Source: Felis catus (Eukaryota). Taken from it: a DNA stretch of 64,000 nt. Position numbers and translations under genes: made by a program. Shown here piece after piece: positions 51,459 to 64,000 of the stretch. The stretch spans positions 52,514,001 through 52,578,000 of the forward strand of contig NC_058372.1 of assembly GCF_018350175.1 (NCBI RefSeq), read 5' to 3'. Each line of letters opens with the position of its first letter. The stretch's first letter is position 1. The notes beneath the pieces were generated by a model. The model was not told where the DNA came from, did not search any database, and saw only the letters and a program-made list of their open reading frames with translations.

Positions 51459-51949
51459 TGGAGATCTTTCTCAGTCTTATCTCTTATTATTTGGGATCTA
51501 GAAGCAGTCAGCGTTCAGTGTTGGAGAGTCCTTATTTTTAGCTGATCTCTGTCTGAAAACCAGCTATTTTCTACTTGGCTTATATCTTTATTGTAAAACT
51601 CTGCACAATGCTGTCCAGAGTAGTCAATTCACACCATCACTCTACCACTTTCAAGTTGTCTTGATCCTTTTGGGATCTTCCAAGGTGCTTGGAGAAATGC
51701 CCTGCAGAACTGTCTTCATGACAGAAGAAAGGAGAAAGTATTGGTTCTTTGGATCTGGTCTTTCACTTCTGAGGAGTGGTCCCATGAGCTTCGATTCCCT
51801 GGAAATTGTGGATAGTTCATCTATGAATGCCAAGTAGAGCCCAATGTACATTTCATGCTGCAGTGACAGAAAATCACTGAGGAGGAAAGAAGGAAGTGTA
51901 TGGTGCAAAGTTCAAGGTAAACATTGTAAGGACGCATCTACACAAGGAT

Positions 51950-52680
51950 GGATTAGGCATTTAGGGAAGCATTTTGATGGTAAAGAACAAAGATAAATAC
52001 ATATGCATGATGGCCTCCTTCAGAGTGAAGGGATAATGGTATCATCATTCTGCCACCAACCTAGAGAACTGTGAGCACAGTGTAGGTCACTATTGTTGCC
52101 GGGAGGTTTGGTGTTATTAGGAGAACTTTGATGGATCAGCCTTAGGGAGAGATGATCTAGTTTGAGGGGCCCATGCATAGCCACCATCTTTGCCACCTGA
52201 GTTGCTCTCTTCATGCTCATTGCACAGGACTTGGGTGGCTGAAGAGAGGGCATGATTGACCTCTACTGGGTAGATCATCAGTTTACCTGGTTGTTGAGGT
52301 CCTGTTCTATAGTAGATGCTCTGCAAGGCATTAACTCGAGATAAAAAGATCTGCCTACTTTGTGCCACTACCATCGGTGTTTCCATATGCCTCTTCACCT
52401 CATTCAACTCACTTTGTCTACAATCTTCCAAGTTTGCTTTTTCCAAAAATTTGTGTTTTTTTTTTAATTTATTTGCCTTGATATATATATAGAGAGAGAG
52501 CCTTGATATACTGTGCTCTCCATTTTGGGAACCAATGACTTAATGGATCTTATAATACTCAGCAGACTATTAGGGGCTATATTTCAAATGGCAAATGGTC
52601 TTTCACTGCAGGTGGCATAGCCTTGCTGCAGAATGTGAGGGGTCTGTGCTGTAATTCTCCTATTAGGCATTAGCAAAAAC
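51950..52680 (-). mobile_element. ERV-L pol fossil (RT-connection/RNaseH region to integrase)
   Basis: Minus-strand peptides LIGELQHRPLTFCSKAMPPAVKDHLPFEI*, HEESNSGGKDGGYAWAPQ...LPKAD and GWWQNDDTIIP. These resemble ERV-L pol motifs RPLGFWSKALP, HGGRDGGYAWAQQHGLPLTKAD and WWQVDYIGP. Stops and frameshifts are present. Confidence 0.8.
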
Positions 52681-53359
52681 TCTACTTATTTAGAGTGTGA
52701 ATGAGATTAAGTGGATAAAGTGTCCATTACATATCAAATATTCTATACGCTTTAATTGTCCTGTCTTTAAAAAAATATTGCTTTTGGTCCCAGATTCAGG
52801 ACTGGACCATTGGGTTTCTTTTCCTGATGTTTTACAAAGACTATACACATTGTTAGGAGTTTCTACATTAATGTTGCACTAAAGCCAGCTGGTTCCCCAA
52901 CTCTATTAGGAATACTCTTTCCAATGTTAAAGAAGAGCCTGAAGATCACAAAGACAACCTCAAAGTATTGAGAGGATGGACATTAAATTTTTAGTTCTCA
53001 AACCTATTAATTTTCAGAAATATCTAGAAACTTTGTTTAAAATGCATTTTACCTAATCTCATTTATTCCAATTCAATGGGCCTGGGGTGGAGCTCAGAAA
53101 TCTGTATTAAAAAAAAGAAAATGACCCAGGTGGTTGCGATTTTCAACCAAGTTTGGGAACCGCTGCTCTAATCCACATGTGGGAAAAATCTGGTCACCGG
53201 CCATCAGTCCCAAAGCCTCTTTTCGCTCACACCTCTCAGAGAATGAGAAACGTCTGTGCTCAGAAAGGCAAGACTAATACCAGGCAGCTTTCAAGGTGGT
53301 CCGCTTTACCCCAGTGCCTAAAAACACAGTTGGCATACATTAGCCACTCAATAAATAGT

Positions 53360-53410
53360 TAATGAATGAATGAACACACGAATGAATGAATGAATGAATG
53401 AACGAACGAA
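53360..53410 (+). repeat. (GAAT)n/(GAAC)n repeat, L2-tail-like
   Basis: Seen directly after cactcaataaatagtt. Confidence 0.85.
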
Positions 53411-54920
53411 CCAATGTCTACTGTGTGTCCATGGCAGCACTGTCTTCTGAATACTGTTGTTTTTCTTTCCCTTATTAGAACTCTTCTAATAGTACACCTT
53501 CCTTATTAACAACCACGCTCATTTATGTTTCCACTTAAGCTGGAATTTTCAATTCAAATATTTGACCAAAAGAATCAGGAATTAACAAGACCAGGGTGCT
53601 ACTGCTCACTTTAATAAAAACATTTCAAACCCCTTCTGCTTTCCAACACTTTTCCCCTTTATAGACCTATTTTCAAAATGTCTGAGTAGTAGGAAAGTAT
53701 TTTACATTTGATCCTGGGATGGTGTCAACACTGTAAATAAACAGTTGATCCTAACAGTTTTGCTCTTAAATATGGGTATTTTCTTAACAAACTCTGTGAG
53801 ATTATTATCTCTATTAATAACAAAGATAAAAAAAGATTATCTCCCAAAGATTTGTAAAACTAGCTGTCTCTTATTAAATATTAATACAGAAACTCATAAA
53901 AATGTATATAGTCTTTTGAGATGCTTAAGAAAAGAGCCCTTCTAATTAGTACCTGTTTCTACCACTTAATTTCTTTTCTGTAGCCCTTTATCCCACCTGT
54001 CGATGGAGGCCTCATCTTGGATATCAAGATTGCTAGTATGGCCATTTTATTTATCTTTTCTACATCCGATGGATAGATTCTGTATTTGGCTGCATTTCCT
54101 CATACCTTACAACATTTCATACCTGTTTCCAGTGAAGGTCTCTATCTAAAACTAATATTTCCCTAGTGTAGATTTTAATAGAAAGTTCATTAAACACACC
54201 CATATATCTATGTAGGTGCATAATATATAGTTCTAAATTTTTTTCTAAACTGCATAAAATTTTACACTTATTCTTAGTAAAGTCATTTAAAGATTGTGTA
54301 ATATGGGTTTATAAAAGTTCAAACTCACTTTCATATATATTCTTAATTTTTTATTTGCATCTGATCACTAGCTGTCTGAGAAAGGAAGATTATAGACTAT
54401 GAATAAAACATTGAGCTGAGTGAATTGTGGAAGATATTCCCATTGCAACAATACCCTCTCCCACTCTGTCCCTCTCACATATGGACACACACACCCCATC
54501 TTCTCTTATAGCCAATTCACATNNNNNNNNNNNNNNNNNNNNNNNNNNNNNNNNNNNNNNNNNNNNNNNNNNNNNNNNNNNNNNNNNNNNNNNNNNNNNN
54601 NNNNNNNNNNNNNNNNNNNNNNNNNNNNNNNNNNNNNNNNNNNNNNNNNNNNNNNNNNNNNNNNNNNNNNNNNNNNNNTTTTTCCAAGGAACACTCGACA
54701 GAATTTCTCTTCCCTGTATTCACATTTATAACATAGCCTCTAAATAGTCCAGTATTTTGTATTTTCTGGATTAAAGTGGCTCCATAGTGAATTTGTAGTC
54801 CTTCGATTCATAGACACTCACGAATTAATGTATATTTTTCCTCTTAGAAATTATTATTCCTTAGGATCTTGTGTTGTTATTTGCAAACTCTTTTATATTC
54901 TTTAGAAGATGAGCATGTGT

Positions 54921-55133
54921 GGGGGCAACTGGGTGGTTCAGTCGGTTAAGCATCCGAATTCAGCTCGGGTCATGATCTCATGGTTTGTGGGTTCGAGCCC
55001 TGCGTCGGGCTCTGTGTTGACAGCTCAGAGCCTCCCTTTCTCTCTGCCTTTTCCCCTACTCATGCTCTGTCTCTCTCTCTCTCAAAAATAAATAAGCATT
55101 TTAAAAGTTTAAAAAATTACTTTAAAAAAATAA
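54921..55133 (+). mobile_element. CAN-SINE
   Basis: Head gggggcaactgggtggttcagtcgg. TSD atgagcatgtgt. Confidence 0.92.
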
Positions 55134-55877
55134 AATGAGCATGTGTGTTATAAGTTAGCAATACAAAAAATAATAAAAACAAACCAGTTCTTTAGCATGA
55201 CTTTAGTTACCATCCAGTGTAAAAATCTGGATTCATGGTAAATTCTGTAACTTTGGCTTTTATGTTATTTCACAGGTAGTCTTAGAATTCCGGATATTTA
55301 TTTGGGTTTGGGGCCTCAGGGATAAATCATTGTATTTAACCTTTATGAGATTTCAAACCTAAAGTATAAACAGGGCCTCTTCTGCCCATTTCCTCCTCAG
55401 CCCCACTCTTGAATTTTGGTTAAAAATTGTGACTAGTGGCAATGCCTTTAATAATCAAATGATATGTTTGGAAATGTTAATATGCCTTCTAGAGCACAAC
55501 CATAGAGAGGTACTATGGTCCCAGCATGTCTGGGTTCAAATAATTTCTCCACCGTTTATGAGACAGGTAACTGAAAAACTTATTCTCTTGTTGCCTCCAT
55601 CTCTTGTCTGTGAAATATAAAATATAATTAATTCTAACCCAGAACTTTGGTGCAATGATTATATCAGTTAATTTATATAATAAAGTATCCATAATGTAGT
55701 GAAATTCAGTAAATACTAACTCTTAATATAGATTTTGAAGGATCTGGAAAATAATTATGATGTCATCCAGGTGGTGTGGGAGCCAGAATTATTTCTAGAT
55801 GATCTAAAGGTGTCATATTTTCTCAGGATAAGTGAGAATATATACCTTTGGATAATTTTAGGGCAGATGATGAATTC

Positions 55878-56104
55878 AGACAGTTGCTTTCAAGCTTTAA
55901 TGTATATTAGAATCACATGGTTTCCAGTTAAAATGCAGATTCTGACTCTGTAGGTTAGGGATGGGGCCTGAGATTTTCATTTCTAAAAGCTCCCAGGTGA
56001 TGCTAACATTGTTTGGTACAGAGGTCACACTTTGAGTAGCATGACCTAGACAACTTCTTAAGAACCTTTGAATAAAAATATCTAATTTTATGTATGTATG
56101 CATG

Positions 56105-56138
<34 letters not shown>

Positions 56139-56520
56139 AAATACTTTATATGTCTCATATATAACAACATGTCTGCTACTGAGAAATAAACCAACTTAAT
56201 CAACCTGGTGCATTTTGTCAATGTAGTAATCTCTTTTCCGTGTACACTATGTGTGTTAGTGACATGAAAGAGTTTCAGTAGATGTCTTTATAATTGTAAA
56301 GCTCTTCTTGAGATAGTAGCTTAGAACAGTGCTTTTCAAACTTTCACTCCGTTAGAACAGTGGTTTTCAAACTTTAGCTCCATGAGAATCACCTGGAGGG
56401 CTTGTTACCACTGGGTCTTTACTCCTAGAGTTTTTGATTCAGTAAGTCTGCGATGCAACTTGGGCATCTGCATTTCTAACCAGTTCCCAGGTGTTGCATT
56501 CTTAAGAATCATTGGCATAG
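55878..56520. mobile_element. MER5A-like hAT DNA transposon fossils (two copies) around a (TG)n
   Basis: cagtggttttcaaact...gagaatcacctggag...ctgcatttctaaccagttcccaggtg, and tagaatcacatgg...aatgcagattctgactc...ctcccaggtgatgcta. Confidence 0.7.
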
Positions 56521-56647
56521 AATGCTCATTGATTCTTTCCTGAAATCAGCCAGAGTCTAGCAATATTCTCTTACTTGAATCATCACTGTAGGCATACACT
56601 TCTGAACTTCCACTGGAGACATTTCAACATGGGTTGTTTTGAAATAC

Positions 56648-57483
56648 TGTGATATTGTGACTTATAATAAAAAAAATATATACTTGCTTTTCTATCCTGT
56701 TCCTGGCATAGAGCCCCTAAAATCCTTGGAATTTCCTGTGACAAGAGTGATAAAGTTATCTTTTGTTATTAATGAGGTGACTCTTGGAAAGCCTTTAGAT
56801 AACCTAAGGATAGGGGCTGGTTGCCTGGGAAACCAACCAAGTGGTTAAAGGGTTGGAACTTTCAGTATCCAATCCCAACTTAACTTCTAGAGAGGGGAGA
56901 GGAACTGGAGGTTAAAGGCCAACGGCCAATGATTTAATCATTCATAGCTGTGTAATGAAGCCTTTGTAAAAACCCAAAGGACAGTGTTTGGAGAGCTTCC
57001 AGGTTGGTGAACACATGGAGATTCTTGGAAAATGGCACATCTGGAGAGAACCTGGAAGCTCTGCATTCATTCCCCATGCCTTCCCCTGTGCATCTCTTCC
57101 ATCTGGCTGTTTCTAACTTACATCCTTTTATAAGAAACCAGTGATCCAGGAAGCAAAATATTTCTTGGAGTTCTGTGAGCCACTCTAGCAAATTAATTGA
57201 ACACAAAGAGGAGGTCATGGTAATCTTTAATTTATAGTCAGTCATTCAGAAGTACAGATAACAACCTGGACTTGCAACAGGCATCTGAAATAGGGAAAAG
57301 AGGGAGGGGTCTTATAGGGCTGAATCCCTAACCTGTGGTATCTGATGCTATCTCAGGGTAGTGGTGTCAGACTGAGTTGAATTAGAGGACACCCAGCTGA
57401 TGTCTTGAGAGCTGCTTGTTGAGGTGGGGGGAACCTCTCTCCTGCCACATTGGATTCGGACTCAGAACACCAAAAAGATACCA
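56648..57483 (+). mobile_element. MER21-like solo LTR
   Basis: TGtgatattgtgacttataataaaa...cctggcatagagcccctaaaatccttggaatttcctg...gagttctgtgagccactctagcaaattaattgaac...gagttgaattagaggacacccagctg. Confidence 0.75.
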
Positions 57484-60400
57484 TTCCTAGAATCATGATT
57501 CTTAAATGTTTGAATTTGCTTACCAAGTCAGGGAACCAAAAGACCTCATCACCTCCCATTTATCCCCACACAATAAAACATCCCCAGAGTCAACAGCAAG
57601 AGAGGCACTGGTTTTGATTAAAGAACAGTGAAGTGATGCCTGTTTTGTATTACAGATAAATAAATTATTAATATATCCCAGATGTATTTAGTGCCAAGGC
57701 TGTCATGTTATAAACATGAAAAAGTAAACATGAATCACTAGAAGAATGCTCACTGGCCCCCAAATTTCACTGTCCACATGATAACCACTGATCTAATAGA
57801 TAAAAGTCATGGATCTAAAAGACATCAGAACAGTGTCATCAGTTGAATTTCAGCATCCAACACATGGTATTTAGAAAGTAGTACAGAAAGTGTGCTCCAC
57901 ACTGCGTGAAATTAGACTTGGAGGTGAAGAGCAGCCAAAGGGTGAAGAGGGAAATTCACTGGATAAGGTTACTTGAGTAAGTCATATCTGCCATATTAAC
58001 TTTTGCAACTTTAAAGGCCAGTTGTCCTGGTAGTTGGAATCTGCATCAGAACTCCACAAAAAGAATCATCTCAGGACCCATTAGTTCACCCTGGATTTGC
58101 TTAGCCTCTCAAGAAGGATAGCAGTGAGTAAGTTAGACTCCATTGTCAGGTTAGACTATGTGGAATGCTCTAACTTCTTTGATGGTGTACTTGGGGCTAT
58201 TCTGGAAAGCATCGGTCTTTGCAATAGAGAGGTAGAGCCAATAGATGAGCTTCTACCATGCATTTAGCTTCATAGTTGACATCACTTGTTATGGAAAGCA
58301 ATAACTATCAGGTGTTGGTACTCTTAGAGCAAATTATTACCTGCCTCAAATAGACTGAAGAAAGAGTAAAGAACTAATGGCCAGGAGCAGATCTTTAAAA
58401 CATTGAATTATTATTAATAATCCTAGGATCTGGGCAAACTCTTGAAAATAATCCTACTATTTGACAAACCACAATGAACATTTTAACGGATCTGCTTACA
58501 AACTCATCATTGTGAAATGAAAGCATGGAGGAAACTGAAGCTATAATAAGATATAATATCCTTTAAATGGTGGTTTAATAAGCATCTAAAGTTACTGCTT
58601 CCCAGTTTAAAGCTGTACCCTGGCTATGAACACTAGTTTACTTGTCTTTTGCTTACTCAGTGTCCTACAACCTGAGTATTTACTAAGTGTGAGACACGAT
58701 TTTACTGATTTAATATGTCTTGATTAATTTCCACAAGCAATATATGAGGTAGGTGTTTTTTTCTTTTACCTTAGAGGAAACAGAGACACCTAGAATTTGG
58801 TAACCTGTCCAAGGTCACACAGAAGGCAATAGATGCATAATTTAAACAAGGATATTTTGGAGACCAGAAACTGTGATGTCAGAAAACAAAATATGCTCTT
58901 CTCATCTAATGGTGGGAAATTTAGAATTCACAACTGATGTTCTATCTCCCAGGGAGTATGTTTACATAACAAGAGAATTTCAGAAAAAAAAATGTGTTTG
59001 TTGGGAGGCAGTATGGAGTAATAAAAAGAACAAGAACTAAGCAACAAGTTTGAGCCCTATCTACACATGGTGGTTTGAAGGAGGTCAGTTATTCCCTCCT
59101 TATACCTCACATTTCTTGCATATTAAATTTGGGTAATGGTTTAACAAAAATAGATGACCTCTGATATTAGATGTGCTTAATATTCTTGGGCTAGATGACT
59201 GAAGATATTTTTGATGCCACTGCACTTTCCACAAACCTCGTCACTGCCTGCGAATTGGGATATATCTGAAGTGATATATATTTTTTTATGCCCAAAGACA
59301 GCCAAGAACTTTTTCTTTCTATGGTTATGCTAAAATTTTAAGATAGTGTGTATCATTTCTTTTTTTGGTCTTGAAAAATACTCATGCCCTCAGAGATCTT
59401 AACTGAGATTTGTAATAAAATGGTTTTCTCTAGTGCTGGATTACTTTTTATTGTTTTGTTTCCCCAAATTCTAAATAGCTTCATAAATAACATATTTCAA
59501 ACTCACGATATAACCATGGTAGAGCATGTGTCATTGCTTCTGTTTTTATGTTTAAATCTATAAATTTGCATTATTTTTTCAAGGAATATGATCATTTTCA
59601 CTCAGGGCATATTTAAGATATGAGGTGGGACTTTTGCTACATACAAAGCCAATAAGTTGGCCATTATTTGCTCCTGTAACTAGGCACTACTGTGTTATGT
59701 GTGTGTGTGTTGGGGGGGGGGGACTTTAGTATATGTAAAGAGAGAATCATTAGCTATTTTAATTGAGGTAATTTAAAATTAGATTACAGAAAGAGACCAA
59801 TCTTCCTCTCATCCCCCTGAAGATTTGACTATGAGAAGCCTCATATCTGGTTGTGCCTTCCACCTTCATTGGCTAAGATTTCAATCAGGTACTCTAAGGA
59901 ATAATCTGGCAGGTTTCTCTTAGGACCCTTCAAAATTCAAAACTCTCTCAAGGGAAGAGACATGGAGGGGATAGCCCCTAAAGATGTAGCCCACTCCAGT
60001 GGAGACAAATGCTGGTTTTAGTTTCACCACTAGGTTTACTTGCGTGCAAAAGTTACCAATAAAATCCAGCTGTTTTAAATTTTGTCTACAGACCTGAAAC
60101 CCAGCAAATTTGGCTTGGCTTCCTATTTTGCAGAAAATGTTTCACACGGCTGTAATCTGGAAAGACTGAAGTGTACAAACCCTTAACAGAAACAACAGGA
60201 GAACAGCTGTCTCCTACCTTCACTTTCTCCCACCTCTACCCTTAAAGCCTTGGGTGTTTTTAACAGAGGGGAAAATGTCTGCCTCTGAGCATGAAAGATG
60301 GTATGAATCATCCATGACTACCTTTGTTGTTTGCTCTAAGCCAAAAAGGAAAGATTAAAGAGTTGCCATTGATGAGTGAGACAACTCAACTTTTGGCATC

Positions 60401-62009
60401 ACTAGAGAAGGAAGGAGCATTTAAGATCATGGAGGGAAATAAAACAACAAAACAATACTGTTACAATTTGAACAATAACAGGCTTCAGTATGTGAAAGCG
60501 TAGTGTTATCTTTTCCATTTTCCACTCTCGTGCTTTCATTGGCTTCATATAATCCCCTTGTTGCCTATAATTGGGGATGGAGTTAGTGCCAAAGCTGCAT
60601 AAAATAAGCAATCTTTCCTTTATACTTTCTGTGCATCATGATTGTGTATGTGAAGTCATAAAAATAATTTATTATGAGCATGTGTATTCCTGGCTTAAAG
60701 AGCCAAGTATTCTTGTGACAACAGTATAATAGCATCACATGTATTCCTATAAAACACCATATGTGGGCACTTAATAGTTATTGCCCTGGCACCTATATAC
60801 TGGGATATCATCTTAAAGGGAGACTCCTTAGAGTAAAGAACAATTGGCACTCAGACAAATAAAATCCTGTAGATGAGATAGGTGAACAAGGAGTAGAGAT
60901 AATTATTAAGAATTCACTGATAACGACACTCTTTCATCTTCCGTTACTATATCAGATTGTCTCAAACCTCTTTCTAGAGGTTTTTTTCCCCCCATGGGTT
61001 CAGGAAAATCTTTTACAGCATTGCCAACATCGGCAAATATTCTCTCAGTCTCAAATTTGCAAGAATGCCCTAACATCACACAGATATGTAGTAAACCGTA
61101 AGAATGGGCACAGCATAATTTTTCTTCTTCTAAATATTATTCCTTGAAAAGCATTTATTTGGGGTTTGTGGTACAAATAACAGTGAGCAAACTGACTTTC
61201 AGTAGATAAGTAGATTAGTAGATAAGAGTGTGCAGAATGGACGAAAGCTGCTATATGGCACGGTGTGCTTGCCTGGTGATATGATGAGAGTGTGCATCTG
61301 TGACAGACAGAGACTATTGCTCATTGTCACTTTCCTTTCCACTGGCTTTCAGCTTAGTGTGGAATGGCTTCCTTTGGGTGCCACTAAGCCCGGAGAGTGG
61401 CTTTACCAATCCCAATATGCTTTGAGTATTCAGAAAACTCTGGGACTGGTGTTTGACTATTGCATTAGCACCTTATTCAAGTGGCCAGATGCTCACTGTA
61501 GGCATAGGTTAGGGACTTTCAAAGTAACTCAACTGAAGACAGAGGCCAGAGCCCACTCATTCCAGATTGTATGTCTACTTTAGTTGAGAGTCAAGGTGAT
61601 CTGCAAGGAGAAAAGCCATATAAATTGGACTGTAGTGCTTTCTCCAAAGGGCAACTTAGCTTAGTGATACACTGCTGTGTGTCACTGGGGTCTATGTAGG
61701 AAGATGCCTCTGTTGATGTCTTTAGTGTCTAGGCAGCTATGATTCAGTACTTGCATCTCTCTTCACTCACTCTTCCTAGTGTAATGGCCTGAAACTTACA
61801 ATAGTATTTTGTTTTAAGTACATATGGTAGTTATTACATGGAAAATGTACACTAAGCATATGTCTACAACCCTAATAGCTCCTTCCAACACTTCTACACG
61901 GCTGCTTCCACCCAGTCAATTTCTCTCACTGTTCTTTGGCCCAAATTTCCATTCCAGCACCCCTCCTCCTCTACAATGGAAATATTGTTGCTTTTAATTG
62001 TTTTGTTCT

Positions 62010-62088
62010 TTTTTTAAAAGTTTTTAATTCCAGTTAGTTAACATACAGTGTTATTATAATTTCAGGTGTACAAAATAGTGATTCGACA
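62010..62088 (-). mobile_element. Extremely 5'-truncated carnivore L1 3' end with TSD
   Basis: ttccagttagttaacatacagtgttatt...tttcaggtgtacaaaatagtgattcgaca, flanked by ttaattgttttgttctttt / ttaatttgttttgttctttt. Confidence 0.75.
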
Positions 62089-62889
62089 TTAATTTGTTTT
62101 GTTCTTTTAATACTGCCAGGTAGCTGAAAGGGAACTTTTGAGGTGTAACATCTTTTACTGATACAAATATATACATATATATCTTTTTCAATCAGTAAAT
62201 TACTTAGCAATTACTATCTATGTATCTTACTCTCCACCAACTGCTGGTTTTTTCAAAGGCCTTTACTTACTAAACTTAAATCCCTGACCTCTTCTCTCTT
62301 TCTAGTTATGAACTTCTATTAGCCTACCATAATGTGGTTTAGAATTTTATCTCCCTTCTGTCCACCTTCTGCCCTCCCTTCTGTCCTCCTTTCTGTCCAA
62401 CCATGTGTTTTCCATTCTCTACCAGTGAATCTCCATCCTGACCATTCTCTATATCTAGGTCATTGGATTAGGAGACATTCAAGAGCAAAGAGGGTTGATA
62501 ATGTCTCTAAGTTTCAGTTCTCTCATTTATAAAATGAAACTAGAATACCTAGCTTTGCAAGAGTTTTTTGAGGATGAAAATATTAAAACTCATATTAGGA
62601 TAAGCAGGGTTTGTGGAATCTTTCATGAGAAATAATGTGCATCTGTAGGGAGGAAGAGAAAGGAAAACAAGGGTAAGAGAAGGGATTCCTTTGATGGTTC
62701 TTTTTCTCTACCCCTTGCCCCTTCCTATCCTCCTTTCCTTCCTTCCTTTCCTTAGAACAATCTTGGGCCAATTCACTGAAGTATCCTAAAACATCAAGTC
62801 GTCTCAAGAACCTAAGAGTCACCTCTCATTTAGTCCTCTGCGTTTTTGGTGTCAAATAAAACTACAAATGGCAAAATGTTTAATAACTA

Positions 62890-63090
62890 TGTAATCTACT
62901 GAGCACTTCCTTTGTGTTCTTTTCACATACTGTCTTGTTTAATTTGGAACAATCAGTGCTGTGGTAGGTATTATCCCATTTTAAAAATAAAGGAGCAAAG
63001 TCTCAGTAAGTTGCCTAAAATGACAGCGCTGAGGTGAGGCCGAGCTGGTTTCTGATCCATACCCAATTCTAACATCTGTGCCTGCTATGT
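62890..63090 (-). mobile_element. MIR fossil
   Basis: ggtaggtattatcccatttt...taagttgcctaaaatgacagc core. Confidence 0.6.
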
Positions 63091-64000
63091 TTGAAATGTA
63101 GCCACACACTGTCTCTCTTCTCTACAATACTTTCTACCACCTATTTTTAGTTTTCATCTTCTCACATCTGAATTGTTTCGTAGTTAGTCTCCTCACCAAA
63201 TGAGCCGATTCACTATGAGTAGACTAAGTCTCCATCTCTGTCCTGATCATGCTATTTCTGTCTGCAAAAGGCCTCTGTTGCTCTCCAGTGCTTCTTCTTT
63301 CCAACCTCAGCTGGGGTCTGAGGACAGAGAGATCACTAAACTTCATCAGATTCCCAAGAACACCCTGAATGCAAATCAGTCTTATTTCTCCCCATTCCTC
63401 AAATGTGTACCTTCCCTTAGCTCTCCCTGGTCGGTTCCCACCTCACTTTATTTAAATTATTTCCCTTACCTGAAACTAGATTGAGAACTTCATAAGAGTG
63501 GGGTCATGTATCATCCTACCAATATATTCCCATGCTGACTGCCATGGTGCTAGTTTTGAAGTAGGAAGTAATTACTTATCTGGAAAATCTTTATGTGGGT
63601 CCAAATATGGTGGTTTCTGCTACGGGGTCCTGTGGACATTCATAGGTGACTAGGTGTAAATGATCCATGAACCCCTTCTCGTTCTGCTGGAATGGGTCTC
63701 CTAAGTAGAGGGCAGATTTTAAATTCTCCATGTCCCCTGAGGACAAATTGAGAAATTGAAGTATGGCAGATTAACCGGCAGCAAATGTGGAATTAATGTT
63801 GCATCACACCAATCTCTCTAAGGGGCAATAGGAGTAGCCTTTGTGGGTCAGGCATCTCCCAAACCATAGGTTAAAAAATTTGCTTAACTCTCAGGAATAG
63901 AGAACAAGAGAAATTGTGGTGTCAGGTGCTTGTATATATGTATGCTTAATAGAGGAAATGATTATAAATGGTGCCTGTATTCAGGAACACAAAATACTAT

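Noticed and set aside
4482-55091. Many 60-110 aa ORFs with motifs like MAQLV...AQVMIS...SGSVLTAQSLEPASDSVSPSL
   Set aside because: These are recurrent translations of CAN-SINE sequence, not proteins.
61230-61583. 117-aa ORF in intron 6
   Set aside because: Non-ATG start, no GFRalpha cysteine pattern, no convincing splice sites and no recognisable homology.
42800-64000. GFRAL stalk, transmembrane and cytoplasmic exons
   Set aside because: I found no segment resembling YPTLSNVKG... or the TM helix with splice sites. They probably lie beyond the window, so this is not evidence of loss.

Overview
Mammalian genomic DNA, AT-rich, with six short N-gaps. Abundant SINEC_Fc-type CAN-SINEs point to a cat-family carnivore. 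The window holds the 5' two-thirds of GFRAL (GDNF family receptor alpha-like, the hindbrain GDF15 receptor) on the + strand. Coding exons are at 15665-15686, 20201-20335, 22837-22989, 35706-35762, 36613-36943 (partly N) and 42452-42702. I could not find the stalk, transmembrane and cytoplasmic exons, which probably lie beyond the window. The main discovery is an intact 411-nt exon at 31090-31500, inside what is intron 3 of the canonical gene. It is phase 1-1, AG/GT-flanked, and encodes a complete additional 10-cysteine GFRalpha/GAS1-type domain with linkers. Splicing it in keeps the frame and would give a four-domain GFRAL ectodomain (D1-Dx-D2-D3) instead of the three-domain human/mouse receptor. 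Secondary observations: a shifted exon 3 acceptor, a SINE inserted next to the exon 2 donor, a perfect 76-bp palindrome, an ERVL pol fossil, nested elements and candidate promoter motifs. The rest is mostly SINEs, L1, L2, MIR, MaLR/ERV LTRs, DNA-transposon fossils and microsatellites. Comparisons with human/mouse GFRAL and repeat family names come from memory of those sequences, not from a search, and repeat boundaries are approximate.
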